NCBI RefSeq assembly: GCF_009914755.1
Contig: NC_060925.1
Origin: the human T2T-CHM13v2.0 reference genome, Homo sapiens
Length of the DNA: 64,000 nucleotides
Reading direction: 5' to 3' (one strand)
The translations under genes and the position numbers were made by a program. The notes under the pieces were generated by a model. The model searched no databases and had not been told where the DNA came from. It worked only from the letters and a program-made list of their open reading frames with translations. Positions 55,301-64,000 of this stretch are shown piece after piece (positions within the stretch are counted from its first letter, which is position 1; each line of letters opens with the position of its first letter).

Positions 55301-56674
55301 GCAGGGGACATAGACAATCACATACAGTCTGACCTTTTTTATCTAATTTTTTAATCTTATTATTTTTGTTGATGTATAACTTAATGCAGTTACTATGCCA
55401 GCCTCATAGTAAGCATTCAATAAACATTTTTTGAATGAATAAACAAGTATCTCCCTGGTCTAGCATTGATTCATTTGGTAGACTTGGCTAAGTCTCTCTA
55501 CTCTGTGAATTTCATTTTACACAGAAGGAAACCATGACAGAGGGCAAATCTTAATCCACAGGCACGTTGTGAAAATCAAATGAGATAGTTGATGAAAACA
55601 CACTTTGTAAACTGTAAACTGCTGTATCAGAAATAGTGCACAGGTGTTGAGGTTGAACTGACAGAAGCAAAAACATAAGCTCTACTAGGCCTCACCTGTG
55701 CAACCTTGGGCACTTACACAACTCCTCTGTGCCTCAGTTTCTTTATTAGTAAAATGGAGGCAAAAAGAGGTCCTCCCTTGTTGGGTGACTGTGATAATTG
55801 AGATAATACAAGGCACTAGAGTAGTGGCTGACAGTCAGTACTCCATGCACACCAGCTGGTATTATCATCGAAAGAATTTCTCTGGGGGAGCACCTTTCCT
55901 CAAAGCATTTCTCTTCTCCCGCTTCCCCCACTTCTTTTTCTCTCCATCATCTCTTCTCTGGAGCCCACTAGGATTTAGGGATTCGTCATTTACAGCCTTA
56001 AAGAAATGAGTTTCTCTAAATTGCAACTGGCCCCCGACAAAGGAGATGACCCCACCAGGCATCCTCATACCCCTGAATTCAGGAAGTCTGAGCATCACTT
56101 TTTCCACTAAGGAGGAAAAAAAGGTGTTAATTGGCTGCTTGTGAAATATCTGGGTTTCTGCTACCATGGCAGCCAGGAAGGAGGGGCCGGGAATGGTGAG
56201 GGGCAGAATGGGGGTCACCTGTGGAAACATTCACTGGTGCTGTGGAGGCCTTGAGGGCAGAACATGATCCCGGAGTAGGCTTTTCCCCCTCACAGGCTAG
56301 GCTGGAAGAAGTGACCAGAGATGGAGTCAGATTCCTACCAAAAGCCAAGCCCAGTAGGGGCGATGTGGCCAGGCAAGAGGAGCTCTAGGCAGGGGCTGCA
56401 GCCCCAGCTCTCTCAGTCACTTGTGTTGCTTCGTCAAGAGGGACAGGGTCCAGATCATCTGTAAGGTCTCATTGAGCTTCAAATTTTTGGATTCTCAGAA
56501 GGGAAGCTTGGTACAGTAGACTCAGATGAAATGAGATTCAAATCCAGCTTTGTCCTTTTGGCAGCTCTGTGTTCTTGGGCAGATGACATCACCTCTTTGT
56601 TCCTTTGTAAAAAGGAATAATAATATTGACAACAGAGGTTTGCTATAAATAGGAGCTCAATAAATAATAGTCCC

Positions 56675-57128
56675 AGTGATGGTTAATTTTATGTGTCAAC
56701 TTCACTGGGCAGCAGTGAAGTATGCAGATGTTTGGTCAAACATTATTCTGGGAGTGTTGGTGAGGGTGTTCTGGATGAGATCAACATTTCAACTGGTAGA
56801 CTGAGAAAGCAGATGGCCCTTTCTCATGTGGGTGGGCCTCAGCCAATCAGTGGAAGGCCTGAATAGAATAAAAAGGCTGAGGAAGAGGAAACCCCTTCTG
56901 CCTGACTGCCTTAAGCTGGGACATTGGGTCTTTCCTGCCTTTGGACTCAAACGGAAACATCTGCCCTTCCTGGGTCTGGAGCCTGCTGGCATATAGACTG
57001 GAACCACACCATAGGCTTTTCTGGGTCTCCAGCTTGTTGACTGCAGATCTTGGGTCTTGTGAGCCTCCATAATGATGTGAGCCAATTCTTTATACTAATC
57101 TCTCTGTCTCCATATGTGTATATATGTG

Positions 57129-57181
<53 letters not shown>

Positions 57182-57227
57182 ACATATATGTCCTGTTGGT
57201 TCTGCTTCTCTGGAGAACCCTAATACC
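56675..57227 (+). mobile_element. MLT2D/B-type solo LTR containing (CA)n at 57131-57179
   Basis: gtgatggttaattttatgtgtcaactt...tctctggagaaccctaatac. TSD GTCCC at 56670-56674 and 57228-57232. Confidence 0.9.
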
Positions 57228-57489
57228 GTCCCTTTCCCATCTGCCATTCACCTTGTCATTTTTTCAGGAAAATGTTCATAATTTTCATTCATACAATTTT
57301 CAGCTCTTACTCTCCACTCCCAAGTAAGACAGTGGCTATTTATAGAAGCAAAAAGTCACCAGCAACAGTGTATGTTCCATTTGTCTCATCTTTATTATTT
57401 CAAGTGTTTTAATAATTATTATTTAATTATAAGGACACAACCACCTAGGGAGATAAATAAAGCAGAAACTGTTCTCTTCCTTTTTCTAA

Positions 57490-57655
57490 AAGAAGCATTA
57501 ATGAGGTATAATTAACATACAATAACCTGCATTTGTCGAAAGTGTACAATTTGGTGAATTTTGAGACATATACACACTGGTGAAACCATCAACACAATCA
57601 GTATACAGAACATACCCATCCCCCTCTAGTTTCCTCATGCTTCCTTGTCATCCAT
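57490..57655 (-). mobile_element. L1MB/MC 3' end fragment
   Basis: tgaggtataattaacatacaataacctgca..aagtgtacaatttggtgaattttga. Confidence 0.65.
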
Positions 57656-57832
57656 TCAATGGTTTTTATAACTGCTGAGAACACAGAGAACCAGAAAGGA
57701 AGTGCCAGTCTCCTGACACTCAGTCCAGTGTTAATTCTAATAGGCTACCTTCAATCATCCCCAGAAGAGTTGGAGAGGGAACGATTTATTAAGCACATAC
57801 CATGTATGAAGCCCCAGACCAGGTGCTTTAAA

Positions 57833-58464
57833 CAGTCATGTGACACAAAACAATGTTTTGGTCAACAATAGACTGCATATATGATGGTGGTCCTGTAAGA
57901 TTATAGTGAAGCTGAAAAATTCCTATTTCCTAGTGCCACTGTTGCCATCCTAAAGTCATAGCACAACACATTTCTCACCTGTTTGTGGTGATGCTGATGT
58001 AAACAAACCTACTGTGTTGTCAGCTGTATAAACTTGTACAGTAATGTCCTAGGTCTTCACATTTGCTCACCACTCACTCACTGACTCACCTAGAGCAACT
58101 TCCAGTCCTGCAAGCTAATTCACAGTAAGTGTCCTGTACAGGTGTGCCAGTTTCTTAATGTTTTATACCATATTTTTACTCTACCCATTCTAGGTATAGA
58201 TATGTTTTGATACGTAAATACTTACCATTGTTTTACAATTGTCTACATCATCCAATACAGTAACATGGTGTCCAGGTTTGTAGCCTAGGAGCAAAAGGCT
58301 ATACCACATAGGAATAGGACACACACACACAAGCGCACTAAGTGAGTGGCAGGCCATACCACCTAGGTCTGTATAAGTACTTTCTGTGATGTTTGAACTA
58401 TGATTACATCACCTAATGAGGCATTTCTCAGAATGCCTCCTTGTCGTTAATATATGCATGACTG
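57833..58464. mobile_element. Tigger3 (Golem/MER7) deletion derivative
   Basis: TIR ends CAGTCATG / CATGACTG followed by TA; cactcactcactgactcacc, gtttgtagcctaggagcaa. Confidence 0.88.
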
Positions 58465-58499
58465 TATATGTAGCTTATTTACATCTAGTAGCCTCAGTA

Positions 58500-59445
58500 C
58501 TTCCTTTAGCTTCAGGTATCTTCTCTCTACAAATGTTCACCTTGATCCCTGACTTCTTCCTAGGCTCACATATCCAAGTATGTTCTTTGCCTCTCCTCTG
58601 GGATGTTGAAGCATCTCAAACCAAACTTGCTCAAACCATAACTTTGTTTACAACCTGCCCCCGCAACCTCCAATCTGTCCTTTCCAAGTCTTTTCATTCA
58701 CCATATACTCATGTGCTCAAGTCAAAAATTTTGAGTAAACTCTGATTCTTCCCTTCCCCTCACCTATGACAGCTAATCCACCAGGAAGTCCTATTAGCTG
58801 TGTCTTCAGACAAATCCCAATCTGGCCCCTGCATTCCATGCCTGCTGCCACTACCCTGGTCCAAGCCATCGTCACCTCCAACTGGTGTCTCGCTTTCACT
58901 CTTGCCCAATCTTTACTCTTTCTCTGCATGTCAGCCAGTGATCTTAAATCAGATCATAACACTCTCCTTCTTAAAACCTCTCAGTGGCTTACCAACACAA
59001 TTAGAAGAGTTTTACATTTTACTCAGCCTCGTGAAGTTCGAGATGACCTGGCACCTTCAGGAATGAACACACACACACACACATACACACGCTACTGTCC
59101 TTCTGACCTTCTTATTGCTTGAACATGCGAATCTTATCACTACCTTAGAATTTTTGCAGGTTTTATTTTCTGCCTAGAGAATGTCATACTCTCCTTATCT
59201 AGAAATGGCTTAATTTTTATTCTTCCCTAAACTTTCAGCTGAGGAACAGGAATGGAGGTTATCACCACTGAAATTATGTTGTTATTTGTTTGATTACCTA
59301 TGTGTTGCTTGTCTTCCCTCTTGAGAATGAGAGTATAAGCCTTCTCTGTTTTATTTACTTTCTTATTTACTGATTTATCTCCAGCACTTAGAAAAATGCC
59401 TGGCATATCCTGGATGCTCAATAACTATTTGTTGAATAAATGATC
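58500..59445 (+). mobile_element. L2 LINE
   Basis: ccactaccctggtccaagccatc, aaatcagatcat..cttaaaacctctcagtggct, ctcaataactatttgttgaataaatga. Confidence 0.8.
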
Positions 59446-60129
59446 AAACAATAGGCCTCTTAATTGTTGCAGATGTTAGCCATCTTTACAGTCAAATACT
59501 TCTCTATTGCTACATAAAAATTCAATAACTCTTCCTAATTCTTCCCCTTGCCTCATTGTTTTACTTGGCCATGTACTCTGCACAGTGATGAAGGCTTTAA
59601 ATGTTTTAACTTCTTCATTTTCCTGCTCCCTTGTGGAATCTGACCCCACAACCCACCCCTTCTCTCTCACACATGTATACTTTCTGGGTTTTGCTGAGTA
59701 AATTCAGAATGTTGATGCTATTATCCCATATTTTCTTAATATGCCTCTTCTGTTTTAATAATCCTTACTTAACTCATATTACAATTCCCAGTCAAGCATT
59801 CATCATTCTCTTATATTTAACTATGAAATACCACAAGATTTATTGCTCACCATTCTTTCTTGTATTTGTCATCTTCCCTATCTTGAGATTTTGGTTTAAT
59901 GAGTTTTCATTTGGCCAGAGTTCTTCCTCAGGTAATTTCCTCAGCTAGAGGCATGGGCACACACTCTTTGAATTTTTCAATGTCTGAAAATTTCTTTCAA
60001 TAACAATAGCAGCAGCAGCAACAACAATGTATACAGCACTAATTCATGCTGTGCCTGGGCAAAGGGGCTATGACAGAGAACAGTCAAGGTCCTTGCCCTC
60101 ATGGAGCTTACATTTCGTTTCCTGTGGCT

Positions 60130-60550
60130 TTGCTTTTGTGTTAGTGAAGTAGACTGGCTTGTGCCGCAGAAATCAAAACGACTCAAATTTTGAAGCCTTC
60201 AGAACAAGGATAACTTTCTTTGTTGCTCATACCAAGTTTGCTGCTGGTCTCAGAGGACTCATCAGGGAGATTGTCCTCTGTGTGATAGCTCAGTGTTGCT
60301 CTCTGTATCAACACAACCTTCCCAGATCACAACGGCAAGGGGAGAAGATGCTAGAAAGTCTCATACCACCAGTAAATATTTCTGCCCAGAATTGACACAC
60401 TTATTTTCATTCACAGTTCACTGGGTTCATTGAACAAAAAAGTCACATGATCATGTCAAATTTTAGAGGTATAGAGAAATGCCAATCTCTCTGTGTGCCT
60501 GGAAAGTAAAGAACTGGGGATTTTGTGAGCATCATGAGTATGCACCTCAG
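60130..60550 (-). mobile_element. Old MLT1 LTR fragment
   Basis: ttctgcccagaattgacacac..aagtcacatg..tgtgtgcctggaaag. Confidence 0.5.
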
Positions 60551-60770
60551 TCTGCCCTTAAAATTCATGTCTTGGCAGAATATAAGATATCACTTGCTCG
60601 AATATCATTTTTTCTCTCAAGAATCTAAAAATCATGATTCGGTGTCTTCTATTACCAGTATTGCATATGAGAAATCTAAGTCTTAATTTCAGTCTAAGAG
60701 AGACTTAGAAGAGCGACATGCAAAATTATGTCTAGATACATAAATACATACACACACAGAACTATGTATG

Positions 60771-61083
60771 AGGTAGTCTCCCTTTATCCACAGGAGAAAC
60801 GCTGCAAGACCCCTAGCGGATGCCTGAAATCATGGATAGCACCAAGCTTTATATATGCTATGTTTCTTCTTATATATATGTACCTATGATAAAGTTTAAC
60901 TTACAAATTAGGCACAGTGAGAGAATAATGACAACAGCCAAAAATAAAATAGAACAATTATAATAATGTACCGTAATAAAAGCTATGTGAATGTGATCTC
61001 TCTTTCTCAAAATATCTTATTGTACTGTAACTTGGGTAACTGAAACTGTGGAATGTGAAACTGTGGATAAAGGGGGACAACTG
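60771..61083. mobile_element. MER44 (Tigger7-derived)
   Basis: gtagtctccctttatccac..cctatgataaagtttaa..aaattaggcacagt..gtggataaagggggacaactg followed by TA. Confidence 0.85.
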
Positions 61084-61154
61084 TAGACACACACACACAC
61101 ACACACACCATGTTATATAGATCTCAATTTATTCATCCATCCATTCATCTATGA

Positions 61155-61583
61155 TGTTCAGGTCTGCCAGGACAATACAAAGATTGGATTAGATATGTAG
61201 GAGACTTATTGGCACGGGAGCAGGAGAAGCCTGGGAGAACCTTCAGGTCATGATGTAGATCTGAAACCTGTGGAAGGAGAGAGGGAAAGCAGGGGAATTA
61301 GATTGAAGTCATCTCTGACTGTGGCACACTTGCAAGGAAGATTTGGCCAGGCCCATGGGGTGCCCTCAAGCCAAAGTTGTCCATTGGAAGAGTCCCACAT
61401 CTTGTAGGACTGGCCTGCTGTAGGATCCCTGCCATGCTTACTCATTGCATGCAGCCTGCAGGAAGCATAGCATCCCCATAAACTTAGTGGTGGATTCAGA
61501 GGGACTGCAGATGGGGCCATCCGTTAATTACGTTCTCTGCAGCAAGAGATCTGAGAGGCTGCCACATTTTCATGGTTGCCACA
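61155..61583 (-). mobile_element. LTR33-like ERVL LTR
   Basis: The reverse complement starts TGTGGCAACCATGAAAATG..CTCAGATCTC; ccaaagttgtccattggaagagtccc. Confidence 0.75.
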
Positions 61584-63199
61584 AGAAGCTTAAAAATATT
61601 TTTTCTTTTTTTTTTTTTGAGTTACGTAATTTCACCAGGGTATGTCTAGTGTGTGTCACTTGAAAATTATTCCTATTTAAGACAAAGGTGCATCTTTTTC
61701 ATATAAAGTTTCATGTCTTTCCTAACCTCAGTAAAACTTCTTTAATTCTAACTTCCTGTTATTCTCCTCCATCTGTTTCTTGTGCCCCTTTTGAAACTCT
61801 GTTACTTCCATAATATATCACCTACATATGTTTTTCGTGTCTCTTATCTTTTTACAGATGATTTTCAATTTTTTGTATTTTTGCCATGTATTGGGGGTTA
61901 CTTCTTATACCTAATTTGAAAAAATGCTCTTGTTTGAAAACTTCTCTATTAAATCTTAAAATTCTGAAATAATTCATGAAGTACCACAAGTATATTTTTG
62001 TGCTTTCACAATATCTCCTTAAGAATTCTAACTATGTCTTGCCTCCTTAAAAGCTACTTTGTTTTAGTTGTTGGGACTGGTCTCCTTACTTCAATGGTTT
62101 TGATCCCTTTTAAAATAATGTCTACTCTTTAAATGCTTGGTTTGGAGGATATACACACTAGGCATTGGGGTATTTTGGGCCAGGGAGGTTGACAGGCATT
62201 GGAAGGTAAGGAGAAATGTCTTCTCCAGTAGGCTGCTGATGACAGGTTCTTTAAGATGGGGTGAGGTTCAGAAGCTTCTTTATTCTAAAGTCCCAATGGA
62301 AATGGGGTGCCCTTGGCCCCACATTGCTACTCCTCTTGGACACAGCCACCTATGAGAATAGCTATCTCTCCTGGAGCTGCACATAGCTCGTTGGAGGAAT
62401 GGTTCCTGTCTTTGATCCTAGGGGATTCACCGGGCTTTCTTCCCTGGACCTCATAACTGAAGTGTTCACTCCAGATTTTTCTAGAGAGGCAATCTTCTGT
62501 TCAGGTGGAGTTTGGGGTCCTTCCTTTGCTATCACAATCAATGAATCCCTCATCCTGTATCTTCTTTCCGAATATTTGAGGTTTCAGCCATATGTGGCTT
62601 TTTCTCTAGCCTACTGCAATCAGCCAAGTTAATTTTGGTCGTTGATTCACCCCCAGGGAGTTGCAACAGCAAAAAGATCCTGAGCACCTGTTCAGGTCAT
62701 TATTTTGTAGAATCCCCCAATAATTTCTCCTAATTCTTGATAATTAAAATGCCCCTCCCATCTTCTTGTCTTTTCGAGCCCCCTTATTTTCTTCTTTTTG
62801 CATATTGGCATGTCAGCTTATTTCTATCAAAGAAGTCTTACAAAAGGGAAAACAATAGTTTGATTTTGTTACTGTCACCAAACTTACTATTCCCAGTGCA
62901 GATACCCTATCTGATGTTGGTTATTGCATGTCATAAGTCTAGGGTCAGCAGTCTGGGGATAGCCCTGGGAATTGGCTCCGAGTTTGTCATAATTGGAGTA
63001 ACCACTACAAGAAAGATGGGGAGGCAGGCATGGGCATAATGAGAGGGTATGTTTGTCTGGAAGTCAGGGAGTAGGCTGGGACATATAATAATTGCTTGTG
63101 AAAGCAGTAGTCTCATTTTGAGACTCTACCTTTGAAATGCCTATGTTGTTTAAATCTCTGTCTTGATGGCTGGCAATGTTGCTTTTCCAACCAAAAAGT

Positions 63200-63400
63200 T
63201 TAACAGTCATGGACTGCATGCCAAGTCCCATGCAAAGCATTTTATATGTGCTAACTCATTCACTCCTTACCACAACCCTGTATTGTTATCTTCATTTTAC
63301 AAGTGGATAGACAGGGCTCAAAGAGAAGAGGTCAATTAGATGGCAGAATTGGTATTTGAATATGGTTTGGGTGATTCCAATGTCCACAGGTATGCTGTAT
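63200..63400 (-). mobile_element. MIR SINE
   Basis: ctcattcactccttaccacaaccctg..cattttacaagtgga. Confidence 0.6.
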
Positions 63401-64000
63401 GTCACCACTCTGTGTTCCTTATCGGCCCATGCTGTGTTTAGTTTTGAGTTGACTTTTGAAAGGTGAGTAAGATTTCAATAGCAAAAATAGGGAGGGCTGT
63501 CCAATTTGAGATACCAGCACATGAACAGGCAGGAAGGCAGGTGTAGATACAAAGGGAGATGTGGTTCTATGTGATTGGATTATAAACTATACAAGGGTGC
63601 TGTTATAGGGAGAAATGAGATTTGAAAGACAGGTTAACGCCAGATGGTGAAGGATCCTGTAACTTCCAAGCTGTGGAATTTTAGGCAAGTTATTTCACCT
63701 CTCTGAACTTCAGCTTCTTGATCTGGAAAATGGGGATGAAATGACCGTCATGATTTTGTGCGTGTGTGTGTCTGTGTTCATGAGCTCATATCCACGTGTG
63801 TGTGTATAAAGCACCTAGTAAGCATGTAATGAAAGTTGATCCTCTTCCCTGTTTTTCAGGAGCTGCAGCTGGCTAGTTGGGGTGGGCAGGAGGGTTAGGG
63901 ATGGGGGTAATGGAGGGCTGGCAATGTTTTAGCAGCTCCTGAGGCCCCAGGTTTCTTCCAATCCCAACAACCTCTTCATCATTTGAGCAATCAGCCTCAG

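Overview
Primate (human/great-ape-like) non-coding genomic DNA, either intergenic or intronic, dominated by interspersed repeats. I find no host protein-coding gene, rRNA, tRNA, CRISPR array or CpG island. All ORFs over about 150 aa are broken LINE-1 ORF2, and the short ORFs are repeat-derived or look like chance. Main content: (1) a Y3-RNA retropseudogene at 1460-1560 (-); (2) a 3.5-kb 5'-truncated young L1PA2/3-type element at 10642-14147 (-); (3) a decayed ERV-L internal region with RT, RNase H, integrase and dUTPase remnants at about 14150-17990 (-); (4) seven Alus, four shorter L1 3' ends, many MaLR/ERVL solo LTRs, DNA-transposon fossils and many MIR/L2 fragments. The most unusual signals are a perfect, internally palindromic 27-bp minisatellite replacing one end of a MER2 transposon, several other small template-switch-like scars, a 150-bp locally copied insertion, and an LTR that contains a vestigial primer-binding site. 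I cannot support a new biological system here. Repeat family names come from recalled consensus sequences and need RepeatMasker/Dfam confirmation. MIR/L2 boundaries are approximate and not all fragments are listed.
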